13,031 nucleotides of DNA, taken from the UHGV virus genome UHGV-0124295. One strand, given 5' to 3'. Positions within the stretch are counted from its first letter, which is position 1. Each line of letters opens with the position of its first letter. Of the stretch, positions 1 to 7,217 are shown piece after piece. The position numbers were made by a program, and so were the translations under genes. The notes under the pieces were generated by a model. The model searched no databases, had not been told where the DNA came from, and saw only the letters and a program-made list of their open reading frames with translations. This DNA is from a virus.

Positions 1-7
1 CCTGAGT

Positions 8-646
8 TCACAGATAAAACACTCTCCAGGAAACCCGGGGCGGTTCACTTCTGCTATTTCGCAGGTCTTTGAGTTTCTGCTGATACTCCGCCTTGATGGC
101 CCTGCACTCTTCGACAGTCCAGCGATGGCGGTTATGGTTTGATTCGATTTCGTCTACTGCTTCCTGCCCGATGCGATTAATCAGTTCGACGCGATACGGA
201 ACGAGATTTCCGCTTTTGTGCTGGTTGCACACCACGCATTGCTTGTGAATATTGCGTTCATCAAATCGGAGTTGAGGTGCCGCAGCAGTTGTCCGGTAAT
301 GTCCGGCATCCCACTGAGCAGACGTGAGCGTTCCGCACGAGATACATGGTAAGTCGCGGTCTCTTTCTCTGATGAAGGCGTTTACGGCTTGTTGGGCTTG
401 TTTAATCCAGTAACTGCGGGGCTTTAAGGCGAGTTTTCGAATCTTAATTTTATCTTTCTGTTTCTGCTCCTCTCGTCGTCGTTTCTTCTCTGCTGCTTTT
501 TCCGCTTTTTCGCGTTCTTTGCTTCGTCGTTCGAGTGCTATCTTTGTTCCACACTCTGGAGAGCACCACCACTGATTAGCGAATGCAGGGTGAAACCATT
601 TCCGACATTCATCGTTTTTACATCGTCTTCGCGCTGGTTTAGCCAT
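8..646 (-). CDS. ninG: NinG/Rap recombination-promoting endonuclease
   Basis: 212-aa ORF; from memory near-identical along its length to phage lambda NinG ([14 protein letters not shown]..., Cys-rich motifs). Start ATG 646..644 overlaps the ninF stop. Confidence 0.88.
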   Translation of the reverse strand: MAKPARRRCKNDECRKWFHPAFANQWWCSPECGTKIALERRSKEREKAEKAAEKKRRREEQKQKDKIKIRKLALKPRSYWIKQAQQAVNAFIRERDRDLPCISCGTLTSAQWDAGHYRTTAAAPQLRFDERNIHKQCVVCNQHKSGNLVPYRVELINRIGQEAVDEIESNHNRHRWTVEECRAIKAEYQQKLKDLRNSRSEPPRVSWRVFYL

Positions 647-815
647 CGTCTTCTTCCTCGTACATTGAGCTATTCGGATCGCTCATCAGTTCTGCGCAGC
701 AGTGCTCACACACGTGAACTTCAAGCACATGCAGCTTCTGACCGCAGTTAGCGCACGTTAAAGCCCGCTCGACGCTTTCTTTCTGGTATTGAAGGGATTG
801 GGATGGGCTAAGCAT
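639..815 (-). CDS. ninF: NinF protein (58 aa)
   Basis: Below the ORF-track size cutoff; manual translation of the minus strand gives [58 protein letters not shown], which matches lambda NinF from memory. ATG 815..813 overlaps the upstream stop (TAATG); stop TAA 641..639 overlaps the ninG ATG. Confidence 0.8.
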   Translation of the reverse strand: MLSPSQSLQYQKESVERALTCANCGQKLHVLEVHVCEHCCAELMSDPNSSMYEEEDDG

Positions 816-1180
816 TATTGGATTCTCTGCATCATGAGAAAGACAATCATGGCGGCGCGGAGGGGATTTTCATGTATAGCTCGCTTAGATTTACAGTAGG
901 CCACACCGCGTGCACCCCACTCGTCTTCATCGAGATTGATAATGCTAATCCTGTATTTTTCAATAATCGGCCATGCGTCTGCTGGGTTTACGCATGGGTT
1001 AAATGATCCGCACTCAACTTCTACTTCAACTGCGTCTCCGTTTACAATGTCTCCCTCAAATGAGACAAACACCATATCGCCATTCTCACCTTCTTTGTAA
1101 TCCGGTGATCCGTTATGAATGGATTCGAATACCGCCACGTTAATTTCAAAATCACTTAACTGTGAATAATCCATTGTCAT
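815..1180 (-). CDS. Acidic hypothetical protein inserted between ninE and ninF (NinX-like position, possibly DUF2591)
   Basis: 121-aa [18 protein letters not shown]..., strongly acidic. ATG 1180..1178 overlaps the ninE stop (ATGA) and its stop overlaps the ninF ATG. P22-type nin regions carry ninX at this position; family assignment is from memory and unverified. Confidence 0.6.
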   Translation of the reverse strand: MTMDYSQLSDFEINVAVFESIHNGSPDYKEGENGDMVFVSFEGDIVNGDAVEVEVECGSFNPCVNPADAWPIIEKYRISIINLDEDEWGARGVAYCKSKRAIHENPLRAAMIVFLMMQRIQ

Positions 1181-1353
1181 TTCCTCGCGCGTTCTCTAAG
1201 CCACCGGATATCCCACAGGTGAGCCGTGTAATTGAAGGTTTTTACGTCAGATTCTTTTGGGATTGGCTTGCGTTTATTTCTGGAGCGTTTCGTTGGAAGG
1301 TATTTGCAGTTTTCGCAGATTATGTCGGTGATACTTCGTCGCTGTCTCGCCAC
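1177..1353 (-). CDS. ninE: NinE protein (58 aa, GTG start)
   Basis: Not in the ORF track; manual translation gives (V/M)[57 protein letters not shown], matching lambda NinE from memory. The only in-frame canonical start between the upstream stop (1404) and the conserved body is GTG 1353..1351, which overlaps the ninD 3' end by about 34 nt. Confidence 0.65.
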   Translation of the reverse strand: MARQRRSITDIICENCKYLPTKRSRNKRKPIPKESDVKTFNYTAHLWDIRWLRERARK

Positions 1354-1493
1354 ACGTCCTCCTTTTCCTGCGGTAGTGGTAACACCCCTGTTGGTGTTCT
1401 TTCACGCCGGAGACACCATCGATTCCAGTAAGGTTGATTTGGTCGGAAGCGGTTATCTTCTTTGCATTCACCGCACCGATAACATCGCATCAT
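1320..1493 (-). CDS. ninD: NinD-like small zinc-finger-type protein (57 aa)
   Basis: [60 protein letters not shown] 1493..1491 overlaps the ninC stop TGA 1492..1490. The track ORF 1320..1544 has an upstream extension into ninC that is rejected. Length and position match lambda ninD. Confidence 0.6.
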   Translation of the reverse strand: MMRCYRCGECKEDNRFRPNQPYWNRWCLRRERTPTGVLPLPQEKEDVWRDSDEVSPT

Positions 1494-2362
1494 GCAGCTT
1501 CCCTCCCGAAGTCGAAATAAAGCTGCCCTCCAAATATTTCGCATGACTCAGAACAAGAGCCGGTATCGAATCTTTTAGCTCGTACCATGTCCTGATACAG
1601 GGCTTGATAATCATTTTCTGAATACATTTTCGCGATACCATCCAGCGACATTCTTCCTCGGTACATAATCTCCTTTGGTGTTTCCCGATGTCCGTCACGC
1701 ACATGCGATCCCGTGATGACCTCATTAAAAACACGCTGCAATCCCTCCTCATCTTTACAGGCAAGTCCGATTTTTTGCGTTGATTTTTTAATGCAGAATA
1801 TGCAGTTACCGAGATGTTCCGGTATTTGCAAATCGAATGGTTGTTGCTTCCACCATGCGAGGATATCTTCCTTCTCAAAGTCTGACAGTTCAGCAAGATA
1901 TCTGATTCCAGGCTTTGGCTTTAGCCGCTTCGGTTCATCAGCTCTGATGCCAATCCACGTGGTGTAATTCCCTCGCCCGAAATGGTCATCACAGTATTTG
2001 GTGAAGGGAACGAGTTTTAATCTGTCAGTGCAGAACGCGCCGCCGACGTATGGAGTGCCATATTTTTTTACCATATCGATAAATGGCTTCAGAACAGGCA
2101 GTCGCGTCTGAATATCCTTTGGTTCCCATACCGTATAACCATTTGGCTGCCCAAGCTCTGGGTTGATATCAACCTGCAATACGGTGAGCGGTATATCCCA
2201 GAACTTCACAACTTCCCTGACAAACCGATATGTCATTGGATGTTCACAACCTGTATCCATGAAAACGTAATGCACGTCTTCACCTGCCCGTCGCTTTTGC
2301 TCCATTAGCCAGAGCAAATATGCTGACGTCCTGCCACCGGAGAAACTAACGACATTTATCAT
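1490..2362 (-). CDS. ninC: NinC, PAPS-reductase-like/phosphoadenosine phosphosulfate reductase family protein (290 aa)
   Basis: Track ORF 1490..2422; the true start is the internal [18 protein letters not shown]... at 2362..2360, which overlaps the ninB stop (ATGA). From memory near-identical to lambda NinC. Confidence 0.85.
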   Translation of the reverse strand: MINVVSFSGGRTSAYLLWLMEQKRRAGEDVHYVFMDTGCEHPMTYRFVREVVKFWDIPLTVLQVDINPELGQPNGYTVWEPKDIQTRLPVLKPFIDMVKKYGTPYVGGAFCTDRLKLVPFTKYCDDHFGRGNYTTWIGIRADEPKRLKPKPGIRYLAELSDFEKEDILAWWKQQPFDLQIPEHLGNCIFCIKKSTQKIGLACKDEEGLQRVFNEVITGSHVRDGHRETPKEIMYRGRMSLDGIAKMYSENDYQALYQDMVRAKRFDTGSCSESCEIFGGQLYFDFGREAA

Positions 2363-2799
2363 GCAGCCCTGTCTCCCCATCGCGCTTTCCACTCCAGAGC
2401 CAGTCGCGCTTCGTCTGACCACTTAACGCCACGCTCTGTACCGAATGCCTGTATAAGCTCTAATAGCTCCGCAAATTCGCTTACACGCATCCTGCTGGTT
2501 GACTGGCCTATTACCACAAAGCCATTCCCGGCAAGGTTAGGAACAACATCCTGCTGCTTTAATGCTGCGGTAAACACACACTTCCAGCTTTCTGCATCCA
2601 GCCAGCGACCATGCCATTCAACCTGACGAGAGACGTCACCAAGGCAAGCCCAAAGCTTTCGATTCTGGTCTAAGCTGCGGTTGCGTTCCTGAATGGTTAC
2701 TACGATTGGTTTGGTTGGGTCTGGAAGGATTTGCTGTACCGCGTGAATAGCGTTTTGCTGATGTGCTGGAGATCGAATTTCAAAGGTTAGTTTTTTCAT
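2359..2799 (-). CDS. ninB: NinB/Orf recombination mediator (146 aa)
   Basis: MKKLTFEIRSPAHQQNAIHAVQQILPDPTKP... matches lambda NinB (Orf) from memory. RBS GAGGGA lies upstream of ATG 2799. Confidence 0.9.
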   Translation of the reverse strand: MKKLTFEIRSPAHQQNAIHAVQQILPDPTKPIVVTIQERNRSLDQNRKLWACLGDVSRQVEWHGRWLDAESWKCVFTAALKQQDVVPNLAGNGFVVIGQSTSRMRVSEFAELLELIQAFGTERGVKWSDEARLALEWKARWGDRAA

Positions 2800-2992
2800 G
2801 ACTTCCCTCTCTAACAGATTTCAGGTTATTCCACTCCGTTACCGCACTGCGATAATTCGCGGCCGCCACAGCAGCGTGGTTAGCGCAGTAGATTTGGCAC
2901 CCGTTCTCCATGTCGAATATTGTCGGTGATTTTCCGCATTTACATTTTTTGGCACGCGGTGCGTCTGAACACATTCCGTTAACGGTGTCCAT
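2780..2992 (-). CDS. Hypothetical Cys-rich small protein at the ren position (70 aa)
   Basis: ORF MDTVNGMCSDAPRAKKCKCGKSPTIFDMENGCQIYCANH... with a strong RBS (GAGGGGGA, 7 nt before ATG 2992..2990). Overlaps the ninB start by 20 nt. Not similar to lambda Ren as far as I can recall. Confidence 0.5.
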   Translation of the reverse strand: MDTVNGMCSDAPRAKKCKCGKSPTIFDMENGCQIYCANHAAVAAANYRSAVTEWNNLKSVREGSHEKTNL

Positions 2993-3017
2993 CAGAATCC
3001 CCCTCGTTCTTAATCCA

Positions 3018-3046
3018 ATAAAAAAGGGCTACTGTGTAAATAGCCC
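3018..3046 (-). terminator. Rho-independent terminator after the helicase gene (tR2-like position)
   Basis: On the minus strand: GGGCTA-(9-nt loop)-TAGCCC followed by TTTTTTAT; lies between the helicase stop (3074) and the 70-aa ORF start (2992). Confidence 0.55.
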
Positions 3047-3073
3047 ATGTTATTATCTCAGTGATGTAGATGG

Positions 3074-4450
3074 TCATACGTCAGCCCCTTGTGCATATCG
3101 TCTGCCACGTGCAGCGGGTGCATTTGATGTTGTGCAAATCTGTCTGGCTTCATCCTGATCACATGCAACAAAGTGTCCGTTGCAGAACCGCTGGTAAACC
3201 GTACCAAGCGAGCCAAAACGGTTTTTCGTCACAATGATTTCAGCAAATGGCGCGGCGCTACTGTTCTCGTCATATACCGCTTCCCGATAGAGCATGATGA
3301 TTGAGTCTGCGTCCTGTTCAATGCTTCCTGAATCACGCAAATCTGCGTTTGTCGGGCGTTTGTTTGGTCGCTTCTCAACATCGCGTGAAAGCTGACTTAG
3401 GGAGATAACTGGCGTTTTCAGGTCTTTCGCCATCGCCTTCAGGCTTCCGGAGATGTGAGCAATTGCGAGGTCGTTGCGGTCTGCTTTCGGCTTCTCAATC
3501 AGGCCAAGATAATCCGCCATGATGAGTGAGAGGTTTGGATTTTCCTGTTTGTGCCGTTCTGCGATTGAGCGAATTTCTTCGACCGATAACCGCGAGGCAT
3601 CGACTACCCATACATCCAAATCTGCAAGCTGACTCATGCCGTTAGCAACACGCGCCCAGCCTTCGTCATCCATCGATGCAGGATTTCGCAGTACGCTAAC
3701 CGACATCCTCCCGGCGTTGGCAATGCTTCGCTCTGCAATCTGCAATGCGCTCATTTCCATCGAGAAAATCAACACTCCGCGCCGGACATCAGAACCAGGA
3801 ATAACGCGGCTTGCCACGCCTTCGGCAATCTTCAGCGCCAGTTCGGTTTTCCCCATACCAGGACGAGCGGCGATAATCACCAGGTCTTCTGCGTTCATCC
3901 CTCCGGTGATAGCGTCAAGTTCTTCGATTCCGGTCTTCAGGGTATCTGACTCTTCTCCGTTCCTCAGACGCCTGTCAAGCGTGTCAGTGTAGTCGGTGAT
4001 GATTTCCCCTAACCGTACAGGTTTAACCTCGTCACGGGGCTTTCTGATGGCTGAAAGACGCTTTACAAGCTCATCCATCGCCTGACTCGATGCGTCGATG
4101 GTTCCGCTCTGAATTGGTTCACGCATTTCATCCATGATTTCCAGCACCAGACGGCGGTGATAGTTATCCGCGACCATTCCGGCATATCCCTTCAGGTTTG
4201 CGGCACTCGGGCAGTTTTTGCTGGTCATCAGGATTGACGTGAAATGCTCCTCTCCGCACGCCTCGGCAACCATCAGCGCGTCGATTAGGTTTCTGTTTCT
4301 CGCCTGCTTGCGGATAACCTCGAAGGCTTTCCGGTAGAGCGGAATTGAAAACGCTTCCGGCTCAAGCGTTGCCAGAACGTCACTGGCGGTTGGAGTTAAT
4401 CCACCAATCAGCAGGCCACCGATAACGCTCGCTTCGATATCCTGTCTCAT
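3074..4450 (-). CDS. Replicative DNA helicase, DnaB family (P22 gp12-like)
   Basis: 458-aa ORF with Walker A ([16 protein letters not shown]) and DnaB-like N-terminal and RecA-like C-terminal architecture. ATG 4450..4448 overlaps the stop of the O-like gene (ATGA). Confidence 0.85.
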   Translation of the reverse strand: MRQDIEASVIGGLLIGGLTPTASDVLATLEPEAFSIPLYRKAFEVIRKQARNRNLIDALMVAEACGEEHFTSILMTSKNCPSAANLKGYAGMVADNYHRRLVLEIMDEMREPIQSGTIDASSQAMDELVKRLSAIRKPRDEVKPVRLGEIITDYTDTLDRRLRNGEESDTLKTGIEELDAITGGMNAEDLVIIAARPGMGKTELALKIAEGVASRVIPGSDVRRGVLIFSMEMSALQIAERSIANAGRMSVSVLRNPASMDDEGWARVANGMSQLADLDVWVVDASRLSVEEIRSIAERHKQENPNLSLIMADYLGLIEKPKADRNDLAIAHISGSLKAMAKDLKTPVISLSQLSRDVEKRPNKRPTNADLRDSGSIEQDADSIIMLYREAVYDENSSAAPFAEIIVTKNRFGSLGTVYQRFCNGHFVACDQDEARQICTTSNAPAARGRRYAQGADV

Positions 4451-5394
4451 GCAATCCCCCTGTCTGCAAACTTCCCTTCCCGAACTCCCGTTAACGAATC
4501 TTCCCTCAGCAGGTAATCAAAATCAGCTGTCCAGCCCGTGTCGTTGTCTCCGAAGTAAAACGGCTTGGCCTGATGCACAAACGCCCTGACATACGCTCTG
4601 AAACCGTCCACGTTTGGCGTTTTCAGTTGCGGGATGATTTTCTTCAGGCGGCGTTTGCGTTTCTCGTTGACCGCAACAGCGTGTGGAAGTCTGTCACCGA
4701 CTTCGGTGTTGTAGGCGTTCAGGAAGGATTCGTAGTCGATTCGTTCTGCCTTGCGACGTTCAGGTTTAACCTGCCCATCGCCTCCCCCATTGGGGGGTAG
4801 GGGGGTATTATTTATATTCTTGTTAATACCTTCTTGTTCATGATGTGCGGTTGTTTGTGCGGCTTCATGTGCGCTTTCATGTGCGGCATGTACTCTGAAA
4901 GCCGCGCCATTGCTGGCTTCGTCATGTGCGGCATCATGTGCGGTTGTTTGTGCGGCTTCATGTGCGGGTGAATTGTCCATTTTTTGAGCGTATTCATGGT
5001 AATTTGTGATGGTGATCACACGACCTTTTTGCTTCTCTCCATCAATGGAGATCATCCCCTCTTTCACAAAAACCTGAAGCATCCGCTCAACCTGATCACG
5101 GCTTGCCGGCTTGCCATGCCTGTCGCATAACTGAAGACCTAAATCAGCTGCTGTCACAACCAGTTGACCGGGTTGCAGATGCCATTCATGACCTTTGAAA
5201 TTCGCTTTGTATGGCTTTCTGGCGGCATTCAGGAGAAGGTTTTCCCACAGGGTGCGAAGATAAACATCTTTCGCCCATGACTGTTTCAGAATGCTCCGGT
5301 ACAACGGAATGTAACCAGTTTTCTGGTTCTCCATCCTGTTGCTCCTGCGCTCGTGTGCGGCGCTGAAATCGTAGATTTTTGCTGTATTGCTCAT
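4447..5394 (-). CDS. Replication initiator, lambda O / P22 gp18-like
   Basis: 315 aa; N-terminus [10 protein letters not shown] resembles lambda O (MTNTAKILNF). The central low-complexity repeats ([17 protein letters not shown]...) are encoded by the iteron DNA. Position upstream of the helicase fits an initiator-helicase module. Confidence 0.8.
   Translation of the reverse strand: MSNTAKIYDFSAAHERRSNRMENQKTGYIPLYRSILKQSWAKDVYLRTLWENLLLNAARKPYKANFKGHEWHLQPGQLVVTAADLGLQLCDRHGKPASRDQVERMLQVFVKEGMISIDGEKQKGRVITITNYHEYAQKMDNSPAHEAAQTTAHDAAHDEASNGAAFRVHAAHESAHEAAQTTAHHEQEGINKNINNTPLPPNGGGDGQVKPERRKAERIDYESFLNAYNTEVGDRLPHAVAVNEKRKRRLKKIIPQLKTPNVDGFRAYVRAFVHQAKPFYFGDNDTGWTADFDYLLREDSLTGVREGKFADRGIA
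4844..4967. repeat. Iteron array of the putative replication origin inside the O-like gene
   Basis: Eight copies of a TGTGCG(G/C) core at a 12-bp period in two clusters (4844, 4856, 4868, 4880 and 4925, 4937, 4949, 4961), followed in the gene direction by an AT-rich stretch (4806-4830) and a C5-ATT-G6 inverted repeat (4784-4805). Confidence 0.6.
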
Positions 5395-5396
5395 AA

Positions 5397-5669
5397 CTAC
5401 CTGCCTTGACGAAAGACCTTAAGAACATCGTTAAACTGACTTACGGATATGTCTTCTTTGAGCAGCTTTTCCAGAAATGCGTTTGGAATGAACGTATATC
5501 CCTCCTCTTTTGGTAGGGACGGGAGCAACGCCCTCGCCTCAGCCTTCAGAAGCTCAGTTCTGGCAACTTTCACAAAAGAGATTTGAGTTCTTTCATCAAT
5601 GGAACGAAGGAAGCGCAAACGCTTAGCTTCTTTGTGTGTATCAGGTGGATTAAAGCCTTTGTTTCGCAT
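5397..5669 (-). CDS. Hypothetical protein (90 aa) between cII and the O-like gene
   Basis: MRNKGFNPPDTHKEAKRLRFLRSIDERTQISFVKVARTELLKAEARALLPSLPKEEGYTFIPNAFLEKLLKEDISVSQFNDVLKVFRQGR. RBS GAGG lies 7 nt before ATG 5669..5667; stop TAG is 2 nt before the O ATG. The track ORF 5397..5942 has a non-coding N-terminal extension. Confidence 0.5.
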   Translation of the reverse strand: MRNKGFNPPDTHKEAKRLRFLRSIDERTQISFVKVARTELLKAEARALLPSLPKEEGYTFIPNAFLEKLLKEDISVSQFNDVLKVFRQGR

Positions 5670-5679
5670 ATAATTACCT

Positions 5680-5747
5680 CGTTGGATGTTATTAAAATTC
5701 CATTTGGATTTGTTCAGAACGCTCGGTTGCCGCCGGGCGTTTTTTGT
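5680..5747 (+). ncRNA. oop: oop-like antisense RNA ending in a t_oop-like intrinsic terminator
   Basis: Plus-strand CCATTTGGATTTGTTCAGAACGCTCGGTTGCCGCCGGGCGTTTTTTGTT matches the 3' half of lambda OOP RNA from memory (terminator hairpin 5720-5739 plus T-run). A TATAAT -10 candidate lies at 5669-5674. The 5' end is estimated; the RNA is antisense to the cII 3' end. Confidence 0.5.
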
Positions 5748-5985
5748 TGGTGAGAATCGAAGCAACTTGTCGTGCCAATCGAGCCATATCGTCGTCAACG
5801 ACGCCCCATTCAAGAACAGCAAGCAGCATTGAGAACTTTGGAATCCAGTCCCTCTTCCACCTGCTGATCTGCGACTTATCAACTCCAACAGCTTCCGCTG
5901 TCTTCTCAGTTCCAAGCATTGCGATTTTGTTAAGCAACGCACTCTCGATTCTTAGAGCCTCGTTGCGTTTGTTTGCACGAACCAT
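5692..5985 (-). CDS. cII: Transcriptional activator CII
   Basis: Track ORF 5692..6072; the true start is the internal MVRANKRNEALRIESALLNKIAMLGTEKTAEAVGVDKSQISRWKRDWIPKF... at 5985, which from memory is essentially lambda CII (97 aa). Lambda-like RBS context TTAAGGAAATACTTACATATG. Confidence 0.9.
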   Translation of the reverse strand: MVRANKRNEALRIESALLNKIAMLGTEKTAEAVGVDKSQISRWKRDWIPKFSMLLAVLEWGVVDDDMARLARQVASILTNKKRPAATERSEQIQMEF

Positions 5986-5995
5986 ATGTAAGTAT
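5963..5995 (+). promoter_or_regulatory. pRE-like CII-dependent promoter (TTGC-N6-TTGC)
   Basis: TTGCGTTTGTTTGC at 5963-5976 on the plus strand, inside the cII 5' end and oriented toward cro/c2, as for lambda pRE. The -10 is not well defined. Confidence 0.45.
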
Positions 5996-6042
5996 TTCCT
6001 TAACAAATAAGAAGTTATGCGCATCAACTTATGCGCGTTGTA

Positions 6043-6086
6043 TTCCCGCATTTCGGCGGGAATGAGGACCATGACTGTTAAAGAGC
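6043..6086 (-). promoter_or_regulatory. nutR-like site (boxA GCTCTTTAACA plus boxB hairpin)
   Basis: Minus strand, just downstream of the cro stop: GCTCTTTAACA (matches the rrn/nut boxA consensus), a 13-nt spacer, then hairpin TTCCCGC-CGAAAT-GCGGGAA. Nearly identical to the module downstream of pL. Confidence 0.6.
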
Positions 6087-6093
6087 AATTTGC

Positions 6094-6279
6094 TTATGCC
6101 GCTTTGCGGTAAGCGCTTTCTTGATACTTCAGGGCGCCAGCTGTAACGACTTCCAGTCGATAGGCGTCTTTCTCTGGGATGACTTCCTTCCACTGAGAGA
6201 CTGCTGCGTCGCTAATGCCTAACGCTTTAGCTACAGCACGCTGGGTTCCGAAGTGGTCGATAACATCTTTCTTGTACAT
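6094..6279 (-). CDS. cro: Cro repressor (P22-type)
   Basis: 61 aa, MYKKDVIDHFGTQRAVAKALGISDAAVSQWKEVIPEKDAYRLEVVTAGALKYQESAYRKAA, matching P22 Cro from memory. RBS GGAGCGAG; divergent from c2. Confidence 0.85.
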   Translation of the reverse strand: MYKKDVIDHFGTQRAVAKALGISDAAVSQWKEVIPEKDAYRLEVVTAGALKYQESAYRKAA

Positions 6280-6293
6280 AGACTCGCTCCGAA

Positions 6294-6359
6294 ATTAAAG
6301 AACACTTAAATTATCCACTAAAGGAATCTTAAGTCAAGTTTATTTAAGATGTCTTAACT
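6294..6359. promoter_or_regulatory. oR operator cluster with divergent pR/pRM (three 18-bp P22-type operators)
   Basis: ATTAAAGAACACTTAAAT (6294-6311), ACTAAAGGAATCTTAAGT (6317-6334), ATTTAAGATGTCTTAACT (6342-6359). Minus-strand pR: -35 TTGACT (rc of 6332-6337), 17-nt spacer, -10 ATAATT (rc of 6309-6314). Confidence 0.65.
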
Positions 6360-7010
6360 ATGAAAACTCAATTGATGGGAGAGCGCATTCGCGCTCGGAG
6401 AAAAGAACTCAAGATCAGACAGGCCGCACTTGGAAAGATGGTCGGCGTGTCTAATGTTGCCATATCTCAGTGGGAACGCTCTGAGACAGAGCCAAATGGA
6501 GAGAATCTTCTCGCCCTGGCTAATGCGTTGAAGTGTTCCCCTGACTATCTGATGAAAGGAGAGGAAAGTCTTTCAAACATTGCCTATCACAGTAGGCATG
6601 ATCCAAGAGGGTCATACCCTCTGATTAGCTGGGTGAGCGCAGGATGCTGGATGGAAGCTGTAGAACCATATCATAAGCGTGCAATAGATAACTGGTACGA
6701 TACAACCGTAGACTGTTCAGAAGATTCGTTTTGGTTGGACGTGAAGGGAGACTCAATGACGGCTCCGGCCGGTCTCAGTATCCCTGAAGGAATGATAATA
6801 CTCGTCGATCCTGAAGTAGAGCCGCGTAACGGGAAACTGGTAGTTGCAAAGCTCGAAGGAGAAAACGAGGCAACTTTCAAGAAGTTAGTTATTGATGCAG
6901 GCAGGAAGTTTCTAAAACCACTTAACCCACAATATCCGATGATCGAGATCAACGGAAACTGCAAAATCATCGGCGTAGTTGTCGATGCAAAACTAGCAAA
7001 CCTTCCATAA
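6360..7010 (+). CDS. c2: Prophage repressor, P22 C2 / LexA-like S24 peptidase family
   Basis: 216 aa; N-terminal HTH (VGVSNVAISQWERSE), Ala-Gly autocleavage site (SAG) and C-terminal Ser/Lys peptidase fold (GDSM ... VVAKL). Resembles the P22 c2 repressor from memory. Confidence 0.88.
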   Translation: MKTQLMGERIRARRKELKIRQAALGKMVGVSNVAISQWERSETEPNGENLLALANALKCSPDYLMKGEESLSNIAYHSRHDPRGSYPLISWVSAGCWMEAVEPYHKRAIDNWYDTTVDCSEDSFWLDVKGDSMTAPAGLSIPEGMIILVDPEVEPRNGKLVVAKLEGENEATFKKLVIDAGRKFLKPLNPQYPMIEINGNCKIIGVVVDAKLANLP

Positions 7011-7033
7011 GGGGGCATTCGCCCCTTTTTTTA
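7011..7033 (+). terminator. Intrinsic terminator after c2
   Basis: GGGGC-ATTC-GCCCC hairpin followed by TTTTTTT immediately after the c2 stop. Confidence 0.6.
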
Positions 7034-7053
7034 TTTCCTTTAAAAATCAAAGC

Positions 7054-7129
7054 AAAACTTAAGTTACGAAAGAAAATTTAAGTTTTCTTCAAAAATACTC
7101 TTGACCATTAATTAAAGAGATCTTAAATT
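7054..7129 (+). promoter_or_regulatory. oL operators and pL promoter
   Basis: Operator-like 18-mers ATTAAAGAGATCTTAAAT (7111-7128), ATTTAAGTTTTCTTCAAA (7076-7093) and a CTTAAG-containing site near 7056-7073. -35 TTGACC (7101-7106), 17-nt spacer, -10 TAAATT (7124-7129). Confidence 0.55.
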
Positions 7130-7175
7130 TAAGCCATCAGCAGGACGCTGGAAGCCAAACGGAACAGATTGGCAG

Positions 7176-7217
7176 GCTCTTTAACATTGATGGGATTGTC
7201 CCGCCGAAATGCGGGAA
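7176..7217 (+). promoter_or_regulatory. nutL-like site (boxA GCTCTTTAACA plus boxB hairpin)
   Basis: GCTCTTTAACA (7176-7186), a 12-nt spacer, then TCCCGC-CGAAAT-GCGGGAA (7199-7217); same module as nutR but on the opposite strand. Confidence 0.6.

Noticed and set aside
1274-1471. Minus-strand ORF 1274..1471 (65 aa)
   Set aside because: It is in the ninC frame downstream of the ninC stop and overlaps ninD and ninE, which are supported by remembered sequence matches; it is not a separate gene.
1162-1546. Plus-strand ORFs 1162..1431 and 1232..1546
   Set aside because: They are antisense to the lambda-like ninE and ninD genes, have no RBS and match no known product; they are by-products of the minus-strand coding frames.
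1468-1967. ORFs 1468..1896 (-) and 1713..1967 (+) inside ninC
   Set aside because: These are alternative-frame or antisense ORFs wholly within the well-supported ninC coding region.
3636-3992. Plus-strand ORF inside the helicase gene
   Set aside because: It is antisense to the DnaB-family helicase and has no start signals.
4844-4967. Possible CRISPR array
   Set aside because: The repeat units are only about 12 bp with no spacer-length unique sequences, they lie inside a protein-coding gene, and they fit replication-origin iterons.
4812-4997. 61-aa ORF with HMKPH-type repeats
   Set aside because: It is an alternative reading frame across the iteron DNA inside the initiator gene; its repetitiveness comes from the DNA repeats.
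5744-6010. Plus-strand ORF 5744..6010 (88 aa)
   Set aside because: It is antisense to cII; this plus-strand region is better explained by pRE and antisense-RNA regulatory roles.
5397-6072. Long N-terminal extensions of track ORFs 5397..5942 and 5692..6072
   Set aside because: The extensions run through the oop terminator and the nutR region and lack RBSs; the internal starts at 5669 and 5985 have RBSs and, for cII, match the known protein N-terminus.
6671-7018. Minus-strand ORF antisense to c2
   Set aside because: It lies entirely within the c2 repressor gene on the opposite strand and has no support.
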